From Nostoc sp. (lineage in GTDB: Bacteria; Cyanobacteriota; Cyanobacteriia; Cyanobacteriales; Nostocaceae), in the NCBI GenBank assembly GCA_036918135.1, contig JBALDB010000015.1:212806-276805 (forward strand): DNA of 64,000 nucleotides, written 5' to 3'. Of the stretch, positions 1 to 9,834 are shown one piece after another. Each line of letters opens with the position of its first letter. Within the stretch, counting starts at the first letter, position 1. Below the pieces are notes generated by a model, which made no database searches, was not told where the DNA came from, and saw only the letters and a list, made by a program, of their open reading frames with translations. The position numbers and the translations under genes are program-made.

Positions 1-122
1 CTCCTGAGAGTCAATCATCTCCTGCAACCTTAATCGCAGCTGCTGACCAAGGACTTTACCAAGCAAAAGCACAAGGGAGAAATTGTGTGGTCAAGATAAA
101 CTGTGAAAATGCTCGAGCTTGA
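1..122 (+). CDS. 3' end of a GGDEF (diguanylate cyclase) domain protein, truncated by window edge
   Basis: Frame from nt 3 reads PESQSSPATLIAAADQGLYQAKAQGRNCVV...*; ADxxLYxAKxxGRN is the GGDEF C-terminal motif; TGA at 120-122. Confidence 0.85.
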   Translation, partial: PESQSSPATLIAAADQGLYQAKAQGRNCVVKINCENARA

Positions 123-269
123 GCTAGCATCTTCAAATCCTTTTGTTGTCAAGCTGCATCTTCCTTTTGATTATAATTTAGCTGCCAAATTTACTCTTCT
201 TTAGATATAGAATTAGACAGATTTATCAAGATTAAAAGATTAATCTTTAGGAGGTCAGCCCCTTCGGAG

Positions 270-336
270 AAGTCAAAAGTCAACAGTGAGCGAAGCCGAA
301 CTGTTGACCCTGAGCGAAATCGAAGGGTCAAAAGTA
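270..336. repeat. AAGTCAA heptamer run containing two short TGAGCGAA-n-CGAA hairpin elements (SDR-like)
   Basis: aacagtgagcgaagccgaactgtt and gaccctgagcgaaatcgaagggtc between aagtcaa units. Confidence 0.65.
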
Positions 337-726
337 AGAACCACTAAAATAAATTTAGGGGCTTGTAACAAGGACGCCGTATTTCTTACGTTGCACGTCT
401 CGAAATACATTTTTTCTTTTTCCATAAATAAATTTAGGGGCTTGTACCTTATTCTTTCTGGCCGCTTAAGTATCCTATTTGAGTTGTGAAATGAGTAGTG
501 GAGGTAGGCAATAAGGAATAGACACTTTTGCTATAAATTTTTTGACAAATGATTTAGGATTGCTATAGTCACATAATCATTAACAAAAATGACACAAATG
601 AACTAATTTTTATATCAAATATTTTAATTAAAACCTTTCAAAATATAGAAGAAAGATATCAAGGTATAGCATTACCTGGCATTTCTGAAAATCGTAAAAG
701 TCAAAATTTTGATTAAAAGCCTTTAA

Positions 727-1389
727 TCATCGAGCATTTGGAGTATTAGGATTAGATTGCTCTCTCTTGATAGCATATGCATTTTTTGATTGCCCAACAA
801 AACCCAAAGTTACTCGTTTCATAATCCAATACAGTCCAATAAGTATCAAAAAAGTGATAGCGATAATTACCAATGGCTGTTTCCCAAGAATTTCCTCGAC
901 ACCTTTGGTGAGTACGGCATCAGGTTGAGTAATAAAATCCCAGCTGTTAAAACGCAAAAATCTTCCCCAATAAACACCAACAGCACAAAGAGCATGGGTA
1001 ATCAACTCAAAGCGCCAAATCCATTGACTCTTACCAATGCGATGTAAGTAGTAACCCCAATTAATTAATGATATTACGTAAGCTTCAATTCCAGCAAAAA
1101 TTACTAGCAAATACACAGGAATTAGTACTAAAGTAATAATCCATACCGATTGGATCGTGCGAATATCATCTATTAAGTGAATTACATCGGTTAATAAATA
1201 TGGTGCATTGGGTAAGAATGCATAGAATACTAAGAATCCCAGCCACCACAGCCAAGTACCACCACGCTTAATGCGAAATAGCCATACACTTAAAGCTAAA
1301 GGTATAAAAGCCAGAAATAAATTCCAAGTCATCCAACTCATATTAATTCGCAAGACCTGTACAACTCTGGCTATCAATTCTTCTTTCAT
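727..1389 (-). CDS. DUF1361-family membrane protein
   Basis: WNLFLAFIPL, FLPNAPYLLTD and GRFLRFNSWD motifs; multiple TM segments. Confidence 0.85.
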   Translation of the reverse strand: MKEELIARVVQVLRINMSWMTWNLFLAFIPLALSVWLFRIKRGGTWLWWLGFLVFYAFLPNAPYLLTDVIHLIDDIRTIQSVWIITLVLIPVYLLVIFAGIEAYVISLINWGYYLHRIGKSQWIWRFELITHALCAVGVYWGRFLRFNSWDFITQPDAVLTKGVEEILGKQPLVIIAITFLILIGLYWIMKRVTLGFVGQSKNAYAIKREQSNPNTPNAR

Positions 1390-1838
1390 AGGTGCTAACT
1401 CAGAAGACGTTTAATCGAACTAAATCTATTTTGTAGTATTAATGTTAACCTGAGTGATTGACTGATAAAGTTTGTGTAGTCCCCAAGAAAATTTATTTTT
1501 TCCAACACCAGACAAGATTTTTTCTCAGTTCAAAGAAAATACACACTGATAAATGTCCCAAACCTAGAGTTTTTGTATTTTTCATCTTGGGTAATGAAAT
1601 TTATCAATCAATCAGCTTAAGCCACTAGTATAGCTAGAAAATCATTAGGGTAAAATCTACCAGAGAAAGGAAGTCTGACCAGTAAAACGCTACAAAATAG
1701 CTGATGGTGGACTTTTTGAATTGGAATATTACCCCGTCCTGGCTATTATATAGATTTTCTTCTGCCTTGCAAGAGTTCCAGAAGCACCTAGAAGTTTTGA
1801 GAATAGAAAATGGGAAAAGGTTTTTTGTTATTAAATAT

Positions 1839-3155
1839 CTAACGCACTAGCACTCGACTGCGGGGGCCTACCGCTTTGGCTGAAGAAGGTTTTGTACACT
1901 TGTTGACAAAATCTTTTGAACAAGCAGCTTCAACTAGGGTTGCAGGGTTGACAAGTATTTGATTGACTGGAGAATTACCATTACTGAATTGCATATTAAA
2001 TGTAGGAGATAGTGATGGAGTAGACCTAGATGTCTGGGTTGTAGTCGTCGGCGAAGCGATCGCACTACCACTATCAACGATTGGTGCAACATTTATGGCG
2101 TCACCACTATCAACGATTGGTGCAACATTTATGGTGTCAGCACTATCAACGATTGGCGCAACATTTATTGTGCTACCACTATCAACGATTGGTGCAACAT
2201 TTATGGTGTCACCACTATCAACTATTGCTGGGAGAGTGGGTGTGCTACCACCACTAACTACGGGTGCGGGAGTCGGTGTGTTACCACCATCAACTACTGG
2301 TGTAGGAGTGGGTGTGTTACCACCATCAACTACTGGTGTGGGAGTGACGAGAGTCGCAGTTGCAGGTACTTTAATTGTCAATCTTGCTAAAGGAGAGTTA
2401 GTCATTTCCAAAGATGTCACCTTTGGCGAACCTGGGAGATCCGATTTGAAATCGAAGACTGTGGGGGTTGCACCACCATTGCGAGCGCTATATCTGACTC
2501 CATATCCACTGACTTCAAAAGTTCCCTGATACTGGTTTCGAGTATTTGGGTCAGTAACAGTACCAGTGTATAAGGCTTTTGTCAGATTAAATTCATCCTG
2601 AACTACTCCTTGAAATGTAGTTCCTGCCAATCTTCCCTGGTATTTATAAGCTGTCAACTCCCCGTTAGAGAGAACGGGTGAGGTGAGAACGCCGTTGAAG
2701 GAGACAATCGGAATGCCTTTAAAGTCAACAAAATAGTGCAAACTACCATCATTACGTGTTTGCACTTGCACATAGTCTGACTTGTATATAGGAACGTAAT
2801 TAGGATTGTTTTTAGTACCTAAATTCCGTGAGTAAGTCCCTGTGTCATCCGTATCAACACGAGTAATGCTTTGATTGAAATTGGGATTAATGCTGGGAAG
2901 TTGAATAGTACCTGATAATGTCCCAGTACTTTGAATTGTGATTTGAGCTAAAGCAGTTGTTCCACCCAAACCGATGATGATTGCGGCTAAACTACTGCTG
3001 CTAACAACTGCTGCAAACAACTGAGAGAATTTTGAATTTTGAGATTTTGCGGAAAGTCTCAGCCGCAGCTTTTGCCAATCAGAACTTTCCAAGACGGATT
3101 TTTGAGTGTCGTCAAAACTTCTGGAAGTAGTATGAGTTGATGGATGTAATCTCAT
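1839..3155 (-). CDS. Hypothetical exported protein with 12-aa Pro/Thr- and VDSG-rich tandem repeats
   Basis: 438-aa ORF; signal-like segment SSLAAIIIGLGGTTALA-Q; beta-rich core; repeats near the C-terminus. Confidence 0.7.
   Translation of the reverse strand: MRLHPSTHTTSRSFDDTQKSVLESSDWQKLRLRLSAKSQNSKFSQLFAAVVSSSSLAAIIIGLGGTTALAQITIQSTGTLSGTIQLPSINPNFNQSITRVDTDDTGTYSRNLGTKNNPNYVPIYKSDYVQVQTRNDGSLHYFVDFKGIPIVSFNGVLTSPVLSNGELTAYKYQGRLAGTTFQGVVQDEFNLTKALYTGTVTDPNTRNQYQGTFEVSGYGVRYSARNGGATPTVFDFKSDLPGSPKVTSLEMTNSPLARLTIKVPATATLVTPTPVVDGGNTPTPTPVVDGGNTPTPAPVVSGGSTPTLPAIVDSGDTINVAPIVDSGSTINVAPIVDSADTINVAPIVDSGDAINVAPIVDSGSAIASPTTTTQTSRSTPSLSPTFNMQFSNGNSPVNQILVNPATLVEAACSKDFVNKCTKPSSAKAVGPRSRVLVR
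2062..2346. repeat. 36-nt coding tandem repeat (about 8 units, two subtypes)
   Basis: Units encode TPTPVVDGGNTP-like then INVAPIVDSGDT-like peptides; ccactatcaacgattggtgcaacatttat recurs every 36 nt. Confidence 0.85.
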
Positions 3156-3293
3156 AAAAATTTGCTCCTTTAATCACCTAGTAAAATATACGCATAGGTT
3201 TTTCCTTACTCCCATTAAGGAATGAAAGTATTTAACTACTGAAAACTTCAGTAATTAAAAAGCATATTTAAATACATTTACAACAGTATAAAA

Positions 3294-5156
3294 TTAAAAC
3301 CGGAAAGTTGCTCTTAATGCTCCAACTACTAAAGCATCGTTAGCTGCATTGCAATCGGGATTGAAAATGACGAATAAGCCTGGAGTCAAGGCAATATTGT
3401 CACTCAGTTGGGCGCGGTAAAAAAGTTCTAGATGAATTGAGGTGTCACTACGTCCGCCTGCTGTCCCTCCATCAGAAAAGTTAGGAAAATTAAATCCCTC
3501 AGGTAAAGTACTAGAAGTAATTTTTGGGGGTTGTCCTACAAGAAAGCCTCCTAAATTCCCACGACTGAACAAATTGGGAAAAGCCGCGAACACCATCCAG
3601 TTAGTAGTTTCCACACTTCCAGAAAGATGGGATGGTTTGGAGGAAGTGAAGCCACCCCAACCACCCAACTGCAAGTTAGGGTTAATTCGCCAAGCAACGG
3701 TAGCACCAATTGCTTGGGTATCGAAAGCTGTAGTCGGTGCAAAAGGCGAAATCAGTTGAGCATCGCCGATACCAGTTCCCAGTAAGCCATCTGGAGAGTG
3801 GGAATAAAGATAATGCACCCCGATATCGATGTCATTAGTAGGTGCAAAACTTAATTGAGTTCCAGCAGTAAATCTACCGCCAAATAATCCGCCTTGTTTG
3901 CTGTTGCTAGGAAAACTAGGAATTTCTGCACTGTAAATACCTTGCCAACTAATGCGATCGCTAATTTGCCAGTCAAAACCTATACCACCACTGCCATTAC
4001 CAATGCCTAAAATCGGGTTACGCTGACCAAATAGAGAAATTGCACCGTCGCTAGAACCCTCTAATGGGTTAATACCGCGAAAGGTGTTAATGGGGTTGAC
4101 TCCCGCTGTACCAACGACGATTCCCAAGTTATTCGAGACTAAAAATCGATAAGATAAATCACTAATAACTAGATTGTTGTCTGTATTGGACTCGAATCCC
4201 AACCGCCCCATATTGGTATATACCAACGATGCAGTAGAAGTGAAATTACCAGCAGACAACCCTGTTAAGAGCAAATCTCGCCCGGTAAATGAAGTTGCTA
4301 AGGTTAGTTGGGCGCTACTAGTGAAAGTCAGATTCGTTTTTCCTTGGCGTTCAGGTACTCCATCTCTAGGAAACAAATCCACATCGGTGCTATTGGTTCC
4401 CTGAACGCTGAAAACAGCTTGACCATATAATCTGGTAGTTGTAGAAAACCGATTGTTTTGTAATTCACTTGTCCGCTTTTCTACAACCTCGACACGCTGC
4501 TGTAATTGTTGCAACTCTGCTTTGAATTCACCTTGCAACCTTTGCAGCAGGATTAAATCTCGATCGTTAACAGTCTTAAGTTTATTGTTAGCGATCGCTT
4601 GGTTAATTTTCTCTAGGCAAGCATTTAAACTAGCGACAAATTCATAACGGCTGATAGTACGATTCCCTAGATAAGTACCATCAGCATATCCTTCAGTGCA
4701 GCCATAGCGTTCTACCAAAGACTGCAAAGCACCAAAAGCCCAGTCAGAGGGTTGCACATCCTCAAGCTGTGATACTGAGGTAAGTTGAGACATTGGGTTG
4801 TCTGAGTCTGGAGAATTAGAAGATTGCGAGAGGGGGGAATGGGAAGAATTTTTGTCAGCTTCCTCTGTTATAGGTTGTGTATTTTTTGATTCAGGCAAAT
4901 TAGAAGAACTTATAAATTGAATTTTTTTTCTAATTTTTCTCAGTATATTTTCGTACTTATTTTTTACAAACATTGAGGTGGTTATATCTGGCTGTACGAA
5001 TTCAGGTGGTGTAATTTCTGCACGCGGGATTACTTGAGATAAATTTTTCTGTGTTGATTGCTGTACCAGGTTATCTGGCTCAAGTATAGCCTGTTCTGGT
5101 ACATGAAACGCAGATATTGGTGCTGTTGCTAGCACACTTGCTATCAGTAGACTCAT
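3294..5156 (-). CDS. SLH-domain OprB/SomA-type outer-membrane porin
   Basis: SLH motif DVQPSDWAFGALQSLVERYGC, coiled coil, FSTTTRL, C-terminal LRATFRF beta-signal. Confidence 0.92.
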   Translation of the reverse strand: MSLLIASVLATAPISAFHVPEQAILEPDNLVQQSTQKNLSQVIPRAEITPPEFVQPDITTSMFVKNKYENILRKIRKKIQFISSSNLPESKNTQPITEEADKNSSHSPLSQSSNSPDSDNPMSQLTSVSQLEDVQPSDWAFGALQSLVERYGCTEGYADGTYLGNRTISRYEFVASLNACLEKINQAIANNKLKTVNDRDLILLQRLQGEFKAELQQLQQRVEVVEKRTSELQNNRFSTTTRLYGQAVFSVQGTNSTDVDLFPRDGVPERQGKTNLTFTSSAQLTLATSFTGRDLLLTGLSAGNFTSTASLVYTNMGRLGFESNTDNNLVISDLSYRFLVSNNLGIVVGTAGVNPINTFRGINPLEGSSDGAISLFGQRNPILGIGNGSGGIGFDWQISDRISWQGIYSAEIPSFPSNSKQGGLFGGRFTAGTQLSFAPTNDIDIGVHYLYSHSPDGLLGTGIGDAQLISPFAPTTAFDTQAIGATVAWRINPNLQLGGWGGFTSSKPSHLSGSVETTNWMVFAAFPNLFSRGNLGGFLVGQPPKITSSTLPEGFNFPNFSDGGTAGGRSDTSIHLELFYRAQLSDNIALTPGLFVIFNPDCNAANDALVVGALRATFRF

Positions 5157-5381
5157 ATCATTCCTGGTATTTCATTTGACTTGCACCAACATTTCTTTTG
5201 ACAGATAAAGTTGGTGTGTATCAGGAATATTTTGAAAAAAGGAGTGATAAAAATTACTTTATTTCTCAGGTATCGGCATGTTAGCGAATGATTGAGAAGT
5301 GGGGAGCAGTGGGGAAGTTGTAACAAGTCTTTCCCCTGTGGCTCATCCCCATGCCCTATTTGCTCAATGCCCCAGATAGAA

Positions 5382-5858
5382 TTATTCAGGCTGGCTACAA
5401 TACTTATTCATTTCATCGACTAAGGTATCTGACTGCTTGCCTATGGTTTCAGCATCTGTGAGGGCTGAGTCAATTTCGGTTCTCGCTTTTTGAATTGTCT
5501 CCCTACCAGCTGCTGAGTCTTGGGCTGTTTTAGTTGCATTAAGTGCGTTACCTGACTTGGCGATCGCTTGACTGAGATTGTGGAAAATCTTGACAAAACT
5601 GCTTTGATATTCTTTCAATTTGGGGTCTGTTAAATTCAGTTCCTTAATCGATTTAGTAATAAATTCCAAATCTTTAGACAGTTGGATACTGGTGGTCACT
5701 TGTGTTGCTTTATTTTGATCTATCTGTGAGGTTCCTTCATTGACAAGTCGAATTAGTCGTTGGCATTGAGAAACTTTATTTTCACTGCAACTAGTAATGA
5801 ACAAAGCAATACTCAGGCAAATAGGAGCAAAAACAGTATATTTGTGTGAAATAGACAT
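5382..5858 (-). CDS. Hypothetical helical lipoprotein
   Basis: Lipobox-like ITSC after a hydrophobic stretch; helical body; start taken at ATG 5858. Confidence 0.7.
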   Translation of the reverse strand: MSISHKYTVFAPICLSIALFITSCSENKVSQCQRLIRLVNEGTSQIDQNKATQVTTSIQLSKDLEFITKSIKELNLTDPKLKEYQSSFVKIFHNLSQAIAKSGNALNATKTAQDSAAGRETIQKARTEIDSALTDAETIGKQSDTLVDEMNKYCSQPE

Positions 5859-6059
5859 TAACACCCCAACAACAATAAAACCGAGAAGATAGTATTCAAT
5901 ATTATGAGTTAAAGATAATAACTGAGTAGGGGGTGATGAATACAGAAGTCTATGTGATTCGTAATTGATAATACTTGCCTGGGTGTGAGAAGCAAACTAT
6001 GTGTTTTTCATAATTAGAATCGAGTGGGGGGCTTAGGCGATACACCGATTGTCGCCAAA

Positions 6060-8045
6060 TTAAGAAACATGCACTGCAACTGGAACGGTAAAATGAAATT
6101 TGCTACCCTGATTTTTCCCCAGAGACTCAGCCCAAATTTTGCCTCCCAAATTATTGATAATCCGACGACAAATTGCCAAACCAAGTCCAGCTCCACCTAC
6201 AGTCCGTTGCAAGAATCCTTCTTCCTGATAAAAACGCTCAAAAATAGCTTCTAGACGACTCGGTTCAATGCCGCGACCTGTATCTGCAATAGTAACTTTT
6301 AACACAGATGTATTTGGGGAATTTTCTAAGGCTCGGTCAACTTCTTCTGGATACAAAAGGTCAGCATGAATCGTGACTTGTCCGCTCTTGTCGGTAAACT
6401 TACAGGCATTATCAAGTAACTTTGTTAAAACTTCAATCAGTCCTTCTCCATCTACCTGGATGGGCGGTAAGTAATGGGGCAATTCTACGACAATTTTGGG
6501 TAATTTTTGGCAAGATTTAAGTCCGCTAAGTGCTAAATCGAGGTATTCTTGAAGAGATATTGGCTCTAGTTGCCAGCGCACTAACCCACCCTCTAAGCGA
6601 GATAGGGTAATAAAATCTTGAATTAGTTTACGTAAACGGTCGGCATCGTCTAAGGCAGCTTGCAACATCGTCTGTTGCAACTCTAGCGGCATTTGTGGTT
6701 CTGTAACTAAACTCTCTAAGCAAACGCGGATCGTAGATAAAGGAGTACGCAGCTCATGTCCAACGATCGCAATCAAGTTACTTTGGGTGCGCTCCAAGTC
6801 TACCAGTTGACGATTAAGAGTTTCTAAGTTGGTATAAGCCTGTGCGTGCATCAAAGCAACTCCAACTTGTGTAGCGATCGCCTCTAATAAAGCTATCTCA
6901 TCCTCTGTCCACAGATGAGCCTCTGGCTGATGCAGTTCTATCATTCCCAGCCAAGTCCCCTGATAGCGAATCGGCACCAGTATGCAAGCACGGATCTGCC
7001 AGCGCAGCAGTTGGACTTTTAAGTCTGGATGCGACTGTAAGCCAAAATCCTGGTTGATATCAGCAATCGCTATAGTTTCTGACTGATTTTCGCTGTGAGT
7101 TTGACTTGACACTAAAGCAGTTTGAAACAGTATATGACTTGCCAATGACCAAACTTCTCCCTTCAAAGATGGCAATTTTGCAGGTAGTGACTCATAAGCA
7201 ATTCGCTGTTTTTGACTCCCTGGTTGATAAAGATAAACCAGACACCGACAATCACTAAAAACTTGACCTAATTCTCTAACACTAACAGTTAAAATTTCTT
7301 CTAAATTAAAAGAGCAGCGAATAGCAGTGGCGATCGCATTAATCGAACGTTCTTTGCGCTCTTTACTAGCTATGGTACGATAAGCTTTCAGTAACCTGTA
7401 TTGACTAGCTTGTAAATATGTGACTAAGCGATTGGGGAATAGTCTCAAGTCTATTCCTTGCATTTTATTTGTTGATCCTTGCACTGCCGATTCCCGCAAT
7501 AGTCGATAACGCCTGTGTGCTTGCTCGATTTTCGGGGCTAATTCTGGTCGATAAGTTAGAATCCGCTTCAATAAAAGGCGGGCAGCCTGAATACAAACCT
7601 GGGGATCGAATGTCCAAATTCCCTGAAATTCTGTTGTTTGGTCTAGGGATGCTGAATCTACAGGTGAAGCATGTTCGCGACAAATCAGGCACGCTGAATA
7701 TAATTGACCAATTACGATTAAATGCCATTCCTGAGCTAATTCGTCACTAGGGGCAAAAGGGATGGTTGCATAAGGGGCTGAAACTATCCCAAAGTCACTC
7801 TCTGGTGCAGCTAACACATAAACCTGGTCTGTATGCTGAGCAATTTTTTCATAGCGAGGAATCTCCTGGCGATAAAAACGCTCCTGTTGAAAATTTGCAA
7901 TTACAAGAGGTCGATCCCTCGCAGCCAGTACCAGGTCTTCTATTGCATGACAAACAGCCGTTAATGAAGACTTGAAATAAATTTGAGGTTGTAGATCTGG
8001 TAGAACTTGGCACAAATCTTGCAACAAGGAATTCGAGACACTCAT
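6060..8045 (-). CDS. DICT-GAF sensor histidine kinase
   Basis: DICT N-terminus (YFKSSL...FQQERFYRQE...EWHL), GAF, H-box GHELRTPL, N box LLDNACKF, G boxes DTGRGI and GAGLGL. Confidence 0.9.
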   Translation of the reverse strand: MSVSNSLLQDLCQVLPDLQPQIYFKSSLTAVCHAIEDLVLAARDRPLVIANFQQERFYRQEIPRYEKIAQHTDQVYVLAAPESDFGIVSAPYATIPFAPSDELAQEWHLIVIGQLYSACLICREHASPVDSASLDQTTEFQGIWTFDPQVCIQAARLLLKRILTYRPELAPKIEQAHRRYRLLRESAVQGSTNKMQGIDLRLFPNRLVTYLQASQYRLLKAYRTIASKERKERSINAIATAIRCSFNLEEILTVSVRELGQVFSDCRCLVYLYQPGSQKQRIAYESLPAKLPSLKGEVWSLASHILFQTALVSSQTHSENQSETIAIADINQDFGLQSHPDLKVQLLRWQIRACILVPIRYQGTWLGMIELHQPEAHLWTEDEIALLEAIATQVGVALMHAQAYTNLETLNRQLVDLERTQSNLIAIVGHELRTPLSTIRVCLESLVTEPQMPLELQQTMLQAALDDADRLRKLIQDFITLSRLEGGLVRWQLEPISLQEYLDLALSGLKSCQKLPKIVVELPHYLPPIQVDGEGLIEVLTKLLDNACKFTDKSGQVTIHADLLYPEEVDRALENSPNTSVLKVTIADTGRGIEPSRLEAIFERFYQEEGFLQRTVGGAGLGLAICRRIINNLGGKIWAESLGKNQGSKFHFTVPVAVHVS

Positions 8046-8229
8046 TAGTAACTAATTTGGTAAAAATAAACAATTACTTGTTAAGGTTGGGTATTAGGAG
8101 CGAAAGACGTTTTTATTAGCTGTAGTTCAGGACTGACATACAAAAAAATATCCCTGTGTTCCCACTCAACAGTCATCAATTATTAGTCAGTAACTTCAAA
8201 TGAAATAATTTATTTCTTCGCAGCTACGG

Positions 8230-8874
8230 TTAACCTACCTTAATCAAGTTTGATTCAGCTAAGGTGACTTTATTGAGGAAGCAGCGATCCAGCTCTACTC
8301 CAGTCAGATCTACTTTTGTAAAATCAACGTCACTGAAATCGGTTTTAAATAAAACAGCTTTGGTGAGATTGGTATGACTCAGGTCTGTGTTGCTCAAGTT
8401 TGCCCCAATCAGGTTTGCACCACTCAGATTTGCCCTAGCCAAGTTTGCACCACTAAGGTTGGCATAGCGCAAGTCTGCCCCAGCCAAGTTTGCACTGCTG
8501 AGGTCTGCATCACACAGATCTGCTAAGCGCAAATCTGCTTTCACAAGGTTTCCCCTGTGCAGATCTACCCTGCTGAGAGTTGCGCGAATCATGTTAGCAG
8601 CCTTGAGGTTTACCCAGATTAGGTGCGCTCCACTAAAGTTGGTTCTCCATAGGGATGCCGCAGTTAAATTTGCTTGAGTTAAATTAGCTTTGCAGAGGTT
8701 GGCATGAGATAAAGTCGCATTTGCCAAGTTAGCCCCATCTAGATTAATTCCAGCTAGATAGGCCTCGCTGAGGTTAGCTAAGTGTAGACTTACCTGGCTA
8801 AAATTTCTCTCTCCTGCACAATAGCGTTTGAGAAGTTCATCAGAATCTATACAGCCCGCTTTCAAAATCTCCAT
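8230..8874 (-). CDS. Pentapeptide repeat protein
   Basis: ELLKRYxAGERNF start followed by continuous A(N/D)Lxx repeats. Confidence 0.93.
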   Translation of the reverse strand: MEILKAGCIDSDELLKRYCAGERNFSQVSLHLANLSEAYLAGINLDGANLANATLSHANLCKANLTQANLTAASLWRTNFSGAHLIWVNLKAANMIRATLSRVDLHRGNLVKADLRLADLCDADLSSANLAGADLRYANLSGANLARANLSGANLIGANLSNTDLSHTNLTKAVLFKTDFSDVDFTKVDLTGVELDRCFLNKVTLAESNLIKVG

Positions 8875-9834
8875 TTCTCACCTGAAAATTAAAGTATCTA
8901 ATTAATAATCGTTGGAAATATCCTTTGTTACATTTAGCTGTTAACAAAGGCACCCAACTAAGGACATGAGCATAGTTGCGATCGCTTCACCAAGACTACA
9001 GGGATTTTCTACTATAAACTTGGATACTCAGCAATACATATCCATCTACAAACCATTGTTAAGCAACGGTTTGATACATGTTTTAAATTTTATTTAATTA
9101 TGTAAAGAAATATAACAATATTGTTACAAATAAGCAATACTTTCTCCGCTATGAGTTAATAATTTTTATTTATATAAAAAATAAACTTTGCTTAAGTAAA
9201 TTAGCCACAATTTAAGAACTGCTTGCGTGTCTTTGTGAGTATTTACCTATAAGAGCGATCCTAATCCAACTTTTATCACTACATAGCACTATTGAAATAA
9301 CCTACCTATTTAGGATGGTTTTTACTACTTTTATTACTGTGCCAAGCTGTGATAAAAAATCTCTATTTTAATTTATCTTTATTTACAAAATTGAGGAAAT
9401 AACAAAATAAGAAGCAATAAATGATTGTGGCTATGTAAGTTTAGAAGTAACAGAATTTGTTGCCAAATACCCTACTGCTCAAAGCAAAACTTATGTAATT
9501 TAAAATAGAAGAATATTAATATATCAACTTTCAAAATCTGGTCTAGATTCTCATACAGTCAACCGAACTATTGCCATACTGATATGGAGTCCAATTTTAC
9601 AATCAACTAATAAAAACCACTGTGCCAGTCAGAAGTGCTGAATGGGAGTATAGGGAGAAATAGTCAATAAGAAATGACAAAGCGCAAAGTCAGAACTCCG
9701 CCTAAGGGCGATATGACACCACTGAAGGAGCCGGGAAACCCTAGTCGAGCAGTGGCTCAACGGCAGTTCTTTTAAGCGGGGGAAAAGAGCCAACAAACTG
9801 CCTCAACTTTGCAGGAGAGGACAAATGGGCAAAC

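Noticed and set aside
2062..2346. Possible CRISPR array (36-nt period)
   Set aside because: No unique spacers, in-frame coding repeat, no cas genes
1963..2529. 188-aa plus-strand ORF
   Set aside because: Antisense shadow of the 36-nt coding repeat
9690..9810. GC-rich structured stretch downstream of trpE as a possible ncRNA
   Set aside because: Looks like degenerate Nostoc dispersed hairpin repeats; no promoter seen
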